A DNA stretch of 63,956 nt, the filler included, from Sphacelaria rigidula (taxonomy: Eukaryota), in assembly GCA_964200075.2 (NCBI GenBank). It is 3 parts of 3 records of this genome, joined end to end, with 100 filler letters (N's around TTAATTAATTAA, not from the genome) between each part and the next. Parts side by side here need not be neighbours in the genome. Positions count along the whole stretch, not along the records: positions 21,596 to 43,080 come from CAXNAA020000414.1; positions 43,181 to 63,956 come from CAXNAA020000493.1; 1 more part is not named here. One strand, given 5' to 3'. A program made the translations under genes and the position numbers. The notes under the pieces were generated by a model, which had not been told where the DNA came from, ran no database searches, and was given only the letters and a program-made list of their open reading frames with translations. Each line of letters starts with the position of its first letter. The stretch's first letter is position 1. Shown here piece by piece: positions 34,401 through 46,705 of this stretch.

Positions 34401-37377
34401 CTCCCGGTCAGAGAGAGAAGACACGGCATGACGGGCAGCAGCAAAACCGACATGCTTCTTCACGCGCCGAGGCGGAGTTGTTTCGGGAATCCGGCCCTTC
34501 ACACTCCGGCCAGTTTTTGGAGGATGTACTTAGTGAGGCCGGGTGGGGGTTAAACGAATCATCGAGTTTTCAGCTGTGACCAATTGGGTTGCAGCAGGCT
34601 CACATGGCTGAGGGGGCGGGACAGTTTGGTATTCTCTTGCCTACACATTCGAATTGCCAAATCCGACCGAAGTCGCTTTTCCCTTGCTCATTTCTCGACG
34701 CCACGGGCTCTCGTTCGGGCAGCCGGGGTTTCTTGAGGGCGGGAACCTCATCGCCGCGCCTCAAAGTTCGCCACGCCATGCAGCAATAGTTTCGTCCTGT
34801 GCTGTTTTGCAGGTATTGGAAGACACCAGAGCTGCTGATGGTGGCTTATGCAGTCTGTTTGTTTTAGCGCTCCGCATGTGCGTGGCAACAGTCTCTGGTA
34901 TGTCGGCGTTGTCTCTCCCTCACTGACAGCTATTCCGAGCCCTCAGCGAAGAAGAGAAGAGGGACAAACGACTTACGCAGAGTCGTCTTGGTGAATGAGT
35001 TTGTCCATCAGGGCGGGTGTATGTTGAATCGACATGGTTTTCAAATGCGACAACGGTTGTGCGGCGCAGATTACCCTCGAACGGTCAACTTCTCACGACG
35101 AGTAAGCGAGAATTAAGTGACGCCCTCTCTGGCTTGGGTTACTTTATATGTACAATTATATATGCTGAGGACCCTCTGCACGGATATCAATCTTCGCCAG
35201 CGAGAATTACGAATCCGAGCTTCTGTGATAGCCATAGACCTGGGAAAAGAAGAAAAAACCCGTCGAGATTGGTCGACCGTAATTGCGGTAGGGCGTTGAT
35301 GCGCGTGCTCACCATATCTTCCTTCTTGGGGAAGGTGGCTTCATCGGGAAGGTTGCGCGTGCCAAATTCCTTCTTGAGGGAGTCCTTCAGAGCCAGCCAT
35401 TCGCGGAAGCGATGCGAAGTGCGCCAGATCCTGATAGGCCGCAGCAGCACCAGGTGGTCGCAACACAACATATGAGTGTCGGAGAAACGGACACCGTACT
35501 GTTACGTAATGTCACGGTTGGTGCAAATGGCCGATGATGTGTTTGTTCGCCTGACGTGTCTCCTCTATCACTAAAAGTGAATGACTTCCCACTTCGTAGA
35601 GAGCGCCACGAACGACGAATTGAGTCTGTTGATAGCTCGTTTCCTAACGCTGACATTAGTATCTGTAATACATGGAGCACCGTTCTTGGACTATGCTACG
35701 ACTCTGCGCCAAAATCGAGCAAGACACAGGCCAACTGTACTTGTAGTCTGGTGCCGTTTTTCACGTTATTTCCTCAATCAAGTTGTGCAAAGAGACATCT
35801 GCGATGGCCAGCACAAGCCAGGTATACTGGATCTTGAATCTACACCACATACACCCGTAAAGGTAAAATTTCGTACAATGGATTCAAAGTTTTGTGTTCA
35901 TGGCACAGGCGGCTGGGCAGGTTCCTTGCACAGCGCAGACCCAACATCGAGCATATCTTCCATGCCAATATCTCGAGGAGAACGCACCTGAACTATCATC
36001 GCACCCCAGTCTGCACGGTTAAACTTACAGTGAAAATCGACCTGAGGTATACATGTTGCAGTAAACGGAACACCACTTGCAACTGCCAACCGAATAGACC
36101 GGGTCTGGGCGTGCAGAATGCAAAAATGCACAAGTTTACAGAATTGACAAGATGTTGTGGATATACTTCCAGTGCCAAAGCGTTGGGTTGTCATGGGCAA
36201 CAAAACGACGGCCTACTCCTGTGAACAAGATGCCCGAGGCACTAGATACGCAAGTGATATCCTGGACGAGTACCGAGCGATCTCACGTAACCCTTGATTG
36301 ATGCAGTCCACTCACCCCATACTGACCTTCCCTTGTTACCTTGGTTTTGTTCCGGGATATCACAGCCTGGGAAAAATGAGTAGACCCGCAATGCATGCAG
36401 ATTTTCTCCTGGGATGACTCGAAGGATGGGCGCGTGAAGAAATGGATTGGTTGTGCTCTCCGATTGATAGGAAAAAACGACGGGCCCATCCTCCCGAACG
36501 AGAGCGAAAACTCGTAATACGCCCCACACATGGTTCTGACACTACATAGTCTACGGGTGAGTAATCCCACAGTGAAGTACAGTACAACAGACAGTGCGGT
36601 TCAGTTCCACCTACGGTCGCTGCGACTCACCATCCTCCTCGTGTGTAGACAGCCTCATACTGCCGTACAGGACCCTCCGACAATGCTGCTTGATCAATCT
36701 TGACTTCCAGTGAAGCCTTTTCCATCACGCCCGCACCCGCCTCAGCAGCAATCGGTGCTGCACCCTCTAAGCCAGTCATTTTCCCTCCCGTCCTCTCGAA
36801 TATTCCCTTGTGATTATATGCCCCGGAATGCTAAGGGCTGTTCGGTGCGTCGTGCTGCTGGATGCTAGTTGCTTTTTCGAACGAGCAGGAACAAGGTCGC
36901 AAGGAAAATGAATAGGAGGCTGTGTCGCTTCAACCAGTGATGAGAAATATCCCTCGAAGCTAGACCGTACAGCAAAAAAGAGTACGTCTGAGGATACACT
37001 CGCACGATGGAATGGAAATACCAGGTGTTGGGGGTGATCTATGCTGTGGACAACGTTCCCAATTGTGTTACTCCAGCACGCGTCCGTTGTTTTTCTCACT
37101 TGAGACTCATCCACTGGAAGAGCCGAATTAAACGAGAATACCACACGGTGTTGGAAAGGCGAGCCGACGTCTGTGACCACGGGTTCGCGAGATCGGACTA
37201 ATGTGCGTAAATAATAATAAGAAGAACCGCAGAGAGAATACAGAATATTTGATTGTAGCCGTATAATTCAGACCCGCGGTATTGTACGGCGGTAAGTTTG
37301 GAAGACGACTTTTACTACGCGGATATATATTTGGTTTCGCCCTCTGAAGCTGATCCTGCCTCTGTGAGCTCACCCAT
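28474..37377 (-). CDS. Multi-exon PX (Phox homology) domain protein. Exons: ~37377-37374 (tentative ATG), 36757-36631, 35430-35313, 30344-30282, 29956-29819, 29443-29033, 28557-28474
   Basis: GT-AG exons join in consistent phase to give LEVKIDQAALSEGPVRQYEAVYTRGGW/IWRTSHRFREWLALKDSLKKEFGTRNLPDEATFPKKEDM/GCNAGAGKSCSVMDERRLALQ/AYFSEILVRQRQIWDTSEAIKAFF. This matches the PX pattern (RRY/F helix, LP..FP.K, ERR..L..Y/F, S..I..FF) and is followed by a Ser-rich tail. Confidence 0.85.
30610..30810 (-). repeat. Dispersed repeat (probable DNA-transposon internal sequence), also at ~60-135, 32975-33165, 60630-60840 and 63890-63956
   Basis: Shared blocks TTACAGCTACAC...CCTA(C/G)T...GGGATATCA and TCAATCTCACGAAAACATTG. 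Confidence 0.7.
31607..31704. mobile_element. 98-bp piggyBac-like MITE
   Basis: TTAA|CCCTTAGACCGCGA...TCGCGGTCCAAGGG|TCAA. Confidence 0.8.
31714..31810. mobile_element. Small hairpin MITE
   Basis: CTAGTG..CGGTGGGGGACGGGG.CCACGTG pairs imperfectly with CACGTGATACCCATCCCCCACTGT..TACTAG. Confidence 0.55.
31821..32029. mobile_element. Two tandem piggyBac-like MITE copies (31821-31922 and 31927-32029) separated by TTGA
   Basis: Both carry GAGGGTA.GTCACCTGCTGAATCGGCAT and CAGATGGACTACCCGCACCGCG. Confidence 0.8.
32079..32102. repeat. (TCTG)n microsatellite
   Basis: Seen directly. Confidence 0.8.
37130..37225 (+). mobile_element. 3'-end fragment of the same LINE family as 47756-52711
   Basis: GAGCC.ACGTCTGTGACCACGGGTTCG...ATCGGACT.ATGTGCG followed by a (TAA)n tail matches the reverse complement of ~47756-47850. 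Confidence 0.7.
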
Positions 37378-38155
37378 TCGTCGTCCCCTGTACCGCGCCC
37401 ACGTTTCAAGGTAAGTGATGATGAGGTACGGCAGTTGGGCGACATTGATATAGGCTCGGTGGCTATTGCTTTGGTTCATCTCTCAGCTTCATTAGCTAGC
37501 TCAAACACGACTAAAATGTCTACTCGTGTGCTCTGCAGCACTGTACGGTTTTCACAGATCTCCTTAGCACATTATGTTGCGCACGCCTCTGTGGTTCTAA
37601 ACTGCGAGATGTCAGTTTTGCGTGCTCTCCTGTCAAACAGTGGTGAAAGAGGAGACAGGACGGATCCCGGCACCGGAACAGGAGGAAAGAGGAATCTCTG
37701 TTGCCGTGTCTCACGTGGGGGACGCCTGCAGCTGCCCTCTATGTCGTATAGACTGATGACATTCGAGTCCGGCTGATTTTGTGAGCATGCAATGCTGCCA
37801 TCGTCATACGATACCCGCCCCGTCGGTTCATCCCCTACAATACAGCACGGTCGAGTATACTATGGCAGCCCAACTCGACTGCAGTCACCCTCGCACGATA
37901 AGGCCTGTGCTGTAGTGCAAGCTCTGAAGAGTGTACAGCTGTGTCCATCTTCGGTACGCCAGACCTAGCTGCGCCGTGAAAATTACTTTCGCAACAACAC
38001 CCGACGCTTGACAACCACAGCTACCGGTCCCTCCTTTCCTTCTGATTCTGTCGAATCATAGGCGCATAACCGTCACACATAGCGTGAGCCGCCCTACACC
38101 GCCTTGAAGAGCGTCGTCTGTGGTCCGTTCCCTTCCCATGCCGCTCAGAGTCAAC

Positions 38156-41100
38156 ATGAAAGTGGCAGTGGCGACAAGCTTTTTGGCAGCATCAGCAGGC
38201 CTTGTGTATGTGGAGGCCTTCAACCCTGGCGCTTTCGCAGGACGAGGCGGTTCGAAAGGGCATGTGGACACCACAAGAAGGTGTGTGTAAAATTTCAAGT
38301 ATGCGTGTCTTTTCCACAGTGAGTTGTACTTGCACCGCAACAGCAACCTCGACGGTTGACGTATTTTCCAGATTCAACTTGCCCGCATATGTGGCTGCCA
38401 TGCCTGATGCACAGGCGGAAGCATCTCGGCTGCATGGTGGGATATCGACATATCGTTTTTGCCGATGTAGTGTGCGGCGTGTCGTCCTCCATGGCATCAG
38501 GTGCCATGGAACAAGCAGGTCACATCGATGTTTATCGATGTTGGCGTTCATATTGTTGCATTTGCTATACGAGTGTGAACGGAAATTACGTGTGTTTCGC
38601 CCACCTCTTACACCCCTCGTTCCATCCTAACATCACAACAGTAGTCAAGTCAGCGTGGGTGATGCTGGCCTCTTTTTTTCGATATGTGCCATGGTGTCCA
38701 GTACAGCTATCAATAGCAATTTGTGTTGCCTCGAGCTATCACTACATCGAGAGAGCCAGGAGGGAGAGGCGACTTCCAAAGTATCGGATATGATGCGCGG
38801 TGTTCGAGTCTACATCCTTCCGCAGAGTCTAGCTCCAGCTGGTGCACCGATAGCCAGACAACGCCCGAGGTTCTAAGGTTGCGGGTTCAATTTTCGGCAG
38901 ACGTCGTATTCATGAGCACATCCTGGTTTACGTCGCTGAAAGCCTGGCGACGTGAGTAGTAGACATGAAATAGACGAGACTAGACATGGTGCGGGAGTGT
39001 CAATTCAATCCAAGATGACGTAAGAGGGACTAGATACAACGAGAATTTTTGGAATATCCCGTTCATCCTGAGGAATATGGAGGGTTCGAAAGTATGACGA
39101 GAGATGAAAAGCTACACCGCGCCAATTAGCAAAATGAAAATGTCAGTACTGTCTCTGCCGCCAGCCCTAAGACCGCGAGGGTAGGTCACCTGCTGAGTCG
39201 GCATCAATTTTCAATCAAAAAAAGTAAAAGTAATCCGGATGGATTACCCGCACCGCGGTTTGAGGGTTGAGCCGCATGCGCATCCTGCGCACTAGCCAGT
39301 CACAGCCTCCTAGTCCAATCTCACTACTTGCAGCGTACACGTGTCAACCAACATCGGTGTACTCACAAAGTATTGCATCCACCTACAGAGTGGTACAGTA
39401 CAAATAGTCGCGGTGTGCTTTGCATCAAAACTCAAATCGAACAGGGTAGCAGAAACACTACGCAACCAACGTGATCTCCACCTCTCATTGGACGCACCTG
39501 GGATACTCGAACCTTCGGGCGTGTCCTCCACAAGTAAAATGAAAGAATAGGGAACGAGGAGAGGTCTACCCCTACGAGAAATGGATGAGATCATCATCGT
39601 ACCGGAATTTTTAACGTTTTACCGCAGAAAAGTCGAGACCGCAAGGTAGTTGAAAAGTAGGCACTACTCATCCATACCGATAATTTTCAAAGAGGATTCG
39701 AATATGTACTTTGTATCTATGGAATTTCAGGAATTGTTCCTGTTTCGTAGATGGCGAGCGCGAGAGTAATGTCTTGATTGATTCGTAGAGGCGGCCAATA
39801 CACCCCCTGACGAACAGGGGTCGAGTACGAGAGTACCTCGACTAGTGAAACGAGGCAGGGTTTTAATCACAACAATCTCGTGAGGGGGGAATTGGTGAGG
39901 TCACCTTCGTGTCCGTGCGGGCAAATGATCGAGGTGTAACAATACCAATGCATTGTTGTGTACTGGAGTTTTTGTCAACTGTAATCCCCGGTATCATGTA
40001 TTTTGTAGAACTGAACAATAGGGCGGCAGCTTTTATTTTGAGATCTATTACGGTACTAAAATTGAAATGACCACGTGGCCGACAGTGGTACAGAGCGACA
40101 AGAAAGAAGCTAGTACGCAACATGGAAACTGCGGACAGGTACGGATACACCAACTCCAGAGCTGCGGTGTCCGTTTTCTCTCCTGAAGAGCACACTTCCA
40201 TGACACGGATGAAATCGTGGGTCGAAGTTTCGCTCCTCACCCGAGGTATTCTTCTACCCACCCAAGCACAGCAATTGTTTCATCACCCTTTTGGAACCCT
40301 CCCGTCTCATCCCCGGGAATCATATATCTCCTTCTGTTGGGATGTGATAAAGAGAAACGGTTGAACACGAAGAAGACCGACCGCAATATAGAAAACTCGA
40401 AGAAAATCGAGGAAAAAGCTCCAAGCACAAGTCAAAGTAAAGTCAGGCGCATGCGAGACAAGTCGCCCAGGCATGCGTTTTTTTTCTGTGTGTGTGAATG
40501 AACATAATGTTGTGCTTTCAGTGTGAAGTCGCCCTTGCTCGGGGGGAGATGCCTGCTGTAACCTTCGATTCGCAATCCAATATATGCACGTTAGCACGGC
40601 AACTTTCGACACAGGGTTTTCTCCACAGACGGCACATGGCGCGCCCCGATTTGATTCAAAATAAACGTGTCGAATTTGTCCTGGCCGCGTCGGGAGAACG
40701 GGGGAGGAAATGAACACTTTTACCCCTTGGGAACCCATGGACAATTTTTGTCCTTGTGAACCGGCATGATTTTCAGACTTGAAATGATATCACGGAAACA
40801 ATAGTCGTTATTCTCATAGCTAGCTACTAGCGCTCAGCACGACATATACACACACACGAACGCCTCGGACCATGCGGTTGCAACACACCGTCGAAGTTCG
40901 CGTGTGTATGTTGGTAGACCACCTGACAACCTCACCTGTCGCACTACTCATGACCCACCTGAAATAACTGTTACAATCGGAGTGGATCCCTTGTCCAAAA
41001 GAAGCAAAATATGTGACGGTAAGACCCGACGAGCCAATGCGTACTCGGCGTCCAGTGTTGAAGGAACGCAAGTTGGAAAAGGCGGCGAATGAGCTGGCTC

Positions 41101-42104
41101 ATGGTTCGAATCTCTTCAATAATGAAGAATAATATTTGGGTAGCTGATTAACTCTCCGACGTGCTCAACATTACTCCCTCTAGCCACTCTTGATATATGG
41201 GATCGATATCATCTTGTTAATGAGAGAGTGGGGGGGAATTTCAGATGACACACGCGATTAATAACGTAAAACGAAAACCTCTTCTTTTTTACCGAAGATA
41301 GCGAGAGGAAAATAATGAGGCGGTCTGCAACATACCTTCGCGGTTGGTGTTTTTTTGCTGCTTCCTGGAGACACCGAGTTAACGAAGGGACGGTCATAGT
41401 ACGGTAAGGTGCGAGTGTGTGACTCGACACGAAGGCGGGAAACATTTGAGTCGTTTATCGCAGCAGTACACGACGTGAACAGAGGGCCAAATCGGTACAT
41501 TTACATTCCTGGCTCATTGAAGTTGATCCTGCCAGAGACAAGCGCATGGTTGCTCGGGGTACACGAAAAAGGATGCTTTTGTGAGGCCAGAAGGTACACA
41601 TGGTCACTATTACCTTCATCACGGGCTCTCACACGCCATGGGCTATTTTCCTATCGTCGGGAAACCGTGATGAAGGATTTCGAAGATCACGACGAGGGCG
41701 AGCAGCGATGGTTGTACATGATGTACCAGTTGGTGATTTCACGTCAACGGCCCGAAAACCGAACCCACTATGTTTTCTGTTGTTTTATTTTGACGCTTTT
41801 ATTTAGTGTTCGATGCGCGACCCGCTGCCTTGTCGTGTTACGAAACCAAACCCCGGTATCGCTCCCACAAATGTATGAATAATGACCAACGAACAGGACG
41901 ACGATGGTGGCCCAGCCGCCCGTGAAGCCAGTGCCCACTACCGCCGAAGTCGCTTCTCATGCGACAGGCGGCAAAGAATCCTGGGCACCCTCTTCCTGGC
42001 GCACGAAATTGGCGCGCCAGCTGCCGAAGTACGACGATCCCGAACTCGTCAGCGAAGTGGAAGGGATCCTTTCCCGGCAGGCACCTCTGGTCTTCGCTGG
42101 AGAG
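38156..42104 (+). CDS. DHS: Plastid-targeted class II DAHP synthase (phospho-2-dehydro-3-deoxyheptonate aldolase), exon 1 (38156-38280) and exon 2 (41897-42104); remainder not seen
   Basis: Exon 1 MKVAVATSFLAASAGLVYVEAFNPGAF... is a signal peptide plus ASAFAP-type EAF. A phase-2 junction AG|gt...ag|G leads to exon 2 WAPSSWRTKLARQLPKYDDPELVSEVEGILSRQAPLVFAGE, the class II DAHPS N-terminal signature. Confidence 0.9.
39165..39266. mobile_element. 102-bp piggyBac-like MITE
   Basis: CCCTAAGACCGCG...CGCGGTTTGAGGG|TTGA with the family's internal motifs. Confidence 0.75.
39803..39860 (+). ncRNA. Minimal type-I hammerhead-ribozyme-like motif, cleavage triplet apparently mutated
   Basis: CCCC-CTGACGA, then stem II (GTCGAG-TAC/GAGA/GTA-C-CTCGAC), then GAAAC-GA-GGC-AGGG. 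Confidence 0.55.
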
Positions 42105-43080
42105 GTGTGTTTCGCTGCACGGCGGGTGTGGGCCTCGGACAATCGTGGAAATGAAAGTCGTGGTGAACAAATGGCGGGATCTCGTTCCTTGAGAGTGACA
42201 TTCCCTCACCCCGACGCCACTGGATTTTCGAGCGTCTCGTCAGTAGAACACTCTGAGCTATGGTTCGTTTCGGTTGTTTGTACTTGCCCCCGCTTTTTTT
42301 TTATTACCCTCTTGAGGAGAACTTGGTGGATGGGCACGTGGTCCGATTTTTTTGTTTCGTCCTTCCCATGTAGCATCATATTTTTTCATCTATATATCAA
42401 AGTTGCCGAAGGTACGGGTATATCTTGGTTATTTGTTTGTCAAGATACTAAGAGATATTTTCTCGATCCGAAACTACTCACTGCAGGTGCTGGGGGACAC
42501 CTCATTTTTTTCCCATTTTTTGCGAAATCGACATCTTGTTGGAATTGAAAATTTTGCTGGCAGTTCAAGGTATCTTGAGTCACGGTACCGAACTACACCC
42601 TCATGTTTGAAAACACGTGTGTCTGTGTGTCGAGGAGACGTTTGAAACGATTTCATTTTATTTTATCTTATTCATCAATCGAATGAATGGAAAAGCGAAC
42701 GAGCATGATCATCCGACCCCTTCTTCAAAGCTCTTCTCGAGAACGTCCCAGCGTCCGTTGGCCATATTTTTTTAAGAACCCTCCTGAGTAAATGAATCTC
42801 GTTCATCAATGAAAGTTATTTCTTCACCGAGCACAATGCCCATGTGAGGGGTGCGCCAAGGACCCACACTGTTGTTCACTGAGTTCATCATCTGTCGACC
42901 GAAACTCTATCTGGACTCTCAGTCGCCAAGGTACCCATTGTCGGAAACGTCAGCGTGTTCGTTCCCTCCATGAAGGGTGTGCGGCATTGTGGGAGCACAA
43001 ACCGCCGCCGTCATCACTCTGGGGATCAGAAACACGCAGGATTTGACCCAAGCTTTCTTGATGCCCATATTTTCGGAAAG

Positions 43081-43180
43081 NNNNNNNNNNNNNNNNNNNN
43101 NNNNNNNNNNNNNNNNNNNNNNNNTTAATTAATTAANNNNNNNNNNNNNNNNNNNNNNNNNNNNNNNNNNNNNNNNNNNN
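43081..43180. other. Artificial scaffold spacer
   Basis: 44 N + TTAATTAATTAA + 44 N. Confidence 0.95.
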
Positions 43181-43205
43181 AATCAAGAAATGACTGACTA
43201 CTTAC

Positions 43206-43400
43206 GTAATTTAATTCAATGCGTTTTATTTAATTCAATGCAGAGGTTACCCTATGGGCTCGGAACCGCCTTCAGTGCAGCACAGGGATAGGCTAAGGAT
43301 GTGACGTGCTGTGCTGTGCTTTGTCGCTCTGCACCCTACCACTGTGCAGTGAGCAGGTAGTACCGCCGAAGGCGTCATGTCACGGTTGGTACGCAGTGTC
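43206..43400. mobile_element. TIR element copy; partner copy at ~57055-57240
   Basis: Both share the core GCACCCTACC.CTGTGCAGTGAGCAGGTAGTACCGCCGAA. The ~50-bp left end here is the reverse complement of the right end at 57188-57239. Confidence 0.65.
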
Positions 43401-46344
43401 GAACACATAGCAGCGAACAGCATATTTCATGTACAACAGACAACGATGCGTGTGTGTTTCAAGACCGATGCGCACAGAGTCGGACCAGCATCTAGGGAAC
43501 CTTGCACCAACTCGCCCTGTGCTAACTGATACATTTTGTTTTCAGTAAAAACCGCTTGCGACATGTGCTGTAACGAATTTCATGCGCCATGCAGCTTTCT
43601 CCCATGTGCGGCATCGCCCGTGAGGCGAGCTGTTGGAGCTAACAGTGCCCAACCCTCTTTCCACGATGACCTCCTGTCTGAGCTAGAGATAATTGAAACT
43701 GCGGAACATGACTTCAGCTAAAATAACGTACATCTCACCGTGAAATACCGCCTCCATATTATGGAAAAGGAACAACACTGAACAGTATGCTGGCTGTCAT
43801 CGCAGAGTTTTTCGAAGCATATCCATTCTCTCTCATACGAAGGGGCTCTGGACCAGTCAGGGATAGATCTTCGGAACTATTTTGGCGTCCGTTCGGACAC
43901 CCGGAATTCCCCAAATTGGTTTTTCACCTAGGACCCCAAACTTTCGGTGATTGAAATATAAATTTCTATGGCGTGTAGCAGTTGTCAATAGCTATCAGTA
44001 GGTGAAGAAATGGAACCGTATTTCGAAGATTTGGTGTGGATAGGAAGATTTTAATCCGCCGGATTTCTCATCCCCAATAAAAGATCCGTACCCAATTTGT
44101 AAGATCCCGTGTTAAGAGCAATACAGCAGCTCAGATGATCCCAGCAGAGACCAGACAGTGTTGGCGTGGTCTGAACACACGAGTATACGGGGACAGATGC
44201 AGCAAGCCTTTGGACCGCATGTTTTCGGTTGAAAAGGCTTAGCTTTCATGTTTTTTACATCTCCCCTGCTGATTTTTCCATGATGAGAATCTGCTCAAGA
44301 TAGATGTCGCCGCGCCCCGCCCCGGTCTGGTGACTGTCACACAGCCCTGTTGGTACAAAGTCAAGGATTCGACTCCCGATCGCAGCGACTGATTTCCGTC
44401 GTTTAATGTGTGAGGACGTGAGTACTAGAGAACATTTGAGAATGTTGACGCGGCACGAAAGTGCTGGTCGTATGTTTGATACCCCAAGCTGTTGAGTATG
44501 TACCGAGAGGGGGGTGGTTCAATTGTTCGAGAAAACGGACTCGTCCCTAGGACTGGTAAGGATCCGTTTCGGCGGAAATAAATACATAAACAAGTACACA
44601 GCATCAAGTGAAGGAGAAGAGCATGTCTGCAACATGGTCGCCGCGCAAGCTCCTGTTGTCAATAACCAACCCGCATCGCCGTCCCCGCTTTCTTGCTGGA
44701 TCAACCCGCGCTGACAACGGCAATGAAGTCGATGCATCTCGGCAGGAAAGGAGGGTGATTGTGTGTATCTCCCAAGAAAACCCTCCGTTAGGCGAGGTCG
44801 TCCGCCACGGGCTGTGGCGCACGCCTCGTCATCGAATCGAGAAACGCGCATGACCGTTCCGGGGGCGGACGTTTGGCGAGCTTTGTCGAGTGTACAAACT
44901 CTGAAGAGGTGCGCTTTAATCCCCTCGAGGCTTCTTCTGAAATTACCTCTGCTAGTGCCGTAGGGCCTAGAGTTAGCAGTGCGTGGCACCGTAGCGCGAC
45001 GACAAGCCGATAGCATTCGCTGCGCGGCCGAGGTATGAACAGTACTCTTCACGACGATGCATGGTTTCCGCAAGACTTTGTTTTTTCATCGCATGTCCCG
45101 GTGAGATACCCCAGCCCTCACCGCCGCGCAAGCAGGTTTCCAGGATATCCTTACGCCTCTCCCGCTGAATATTTCGCGCCCAGGTGCCACCTGAGCGCGT
45201 CGCCTGCTACGGGCCTCGTGGGAATGCAGGAAAACGTCTTCTTAGGGGACTTCTTCTCGTGCCTGGGGGTTTACTCTCCCGCTTTTGGCAGGTGCCGTAT
45301 CGAGTCCGCCGTGAGCTCTTCGAATGATTTTTACCCCCCTTTTTTACTCTAGATGCCATGGTTTCGAGCTATCTAGTGTGCAGACTGAACGCCCCGTACC
45401 TTGGTGACTGTTCTGACATTCTCTCACGTAACGAGAAGCCAACTCTGGGGCCCTTCGAGTCATTCGGATGTGTACTGCTTTACTGGTGGTGGCATATCAA
45501 CAGTTGGCCACAGAAGGATGCTAACCCTGATTGATATTACGCTGCCGAGTTGCAATAGCCGTACCCCGCTGCTGCGCTCATTGGGGATGGTGTTGGTGTT
45601 CAAAGAGCACTTGTCACCTAGATTCAACCGAAGGAAATAAAGAAACACGGGAATGCAGGTGAGGAGGTGCACGTGCACGGAGTACTAGAAGGATATGACC
45701 TACAATGTACACCGGAGTTATTTCGTGACCCCCTGTCTTTTCGAAACGTCGCACAAGGGACAAAATGAGTAGGTCGGAGATTTTGAAAACGCTCGTGCTG
45801 AATCCATGTACGTCCATGAACTTGGTTACATCCATGTCGATCAATTTGAAGAACTGTCAGCGTTCGCCCCCAAAATCTCAGTATGGACTCAGCAATATCT
45901 GAAGTACACTCCCACAATCCGTAGCCATCGTTCAAGCCACCTCACGGCGCAAACGGCTCCGGAATGGAGGAGAACACGCGCTTGCTACAAGTTGCCGAAC
46001 GATTACGCACGCGACAGAGATGTTTGCAAATATGTTCTACGTTCATCCTATGAGCTCCGTATGGACTCAGCAATATCATAAATACACTCGCTCAGTCCGT
46101 AGTCACCCTTCAAGCCATCGCACGGCCCCAACACCTGCGTAGCGGACGAAAAAACCCGTACAGTATAGGATTTCTGCAGCAGAGGCTACTTGAGAATGCT
46201 TGTTTTGCAACATCACCTTGCAGTACAGAGGGTATTTCGCAGGTGGTGTTGTCCAATCATCAGTAATATGAATAGCGTAAATGTCTCTCCCCCCGATACT
46301 AAAATCACCATCACGTTGAAGCTCAAATCCATACTTACTCCAGT

Positions 46345-46705
46345 TTCAGGAGTCATGCTACGATAGGGCGGGGGGATTTTTGGCCGCTTTCTTCCACGAA
46401 AGTTCACTTCATTCGTCGTTAAAAGTAGCCAACGATTGTTCGAACGCGCTTGCTCTCGATAAATAGCGCTCATTCATACTGCTTGACACCATTTTACCCA
46501 AATACAAGCGCACCACAAGCGTCTTGAGTCGTTTGACGCACCGATGAGCCCATTTTTTGGTGGAATCAACGGCGCNNNNNNNNNNAACAGAAGCGGGCAA
46601 ACGGGGTGTGGCCGGGACGGGGGTTCAGACGTGTCCTCTTCCGATTTTTTGGGGGAACCCCCCCCCCCCCCCCCCCCCCCCACTATCGTAGTATGATTCT
46701 CAGAC
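46345..46705. mobile_element. Probable MITE or DNA-transposon remnant spanning a 10-N gap
   Basis: GAGTCATGCTACGATAG is inverted relative to CTATCGTAGTATGATTC. Confidence 0.4.

Noticed and set aside
42105-42548. Continuation of ORF 41904-42548 past PLVFAGE
   Set aside because: Intron read-through after the GAG|gtgtgt donor; DAHPS similarity stops there.
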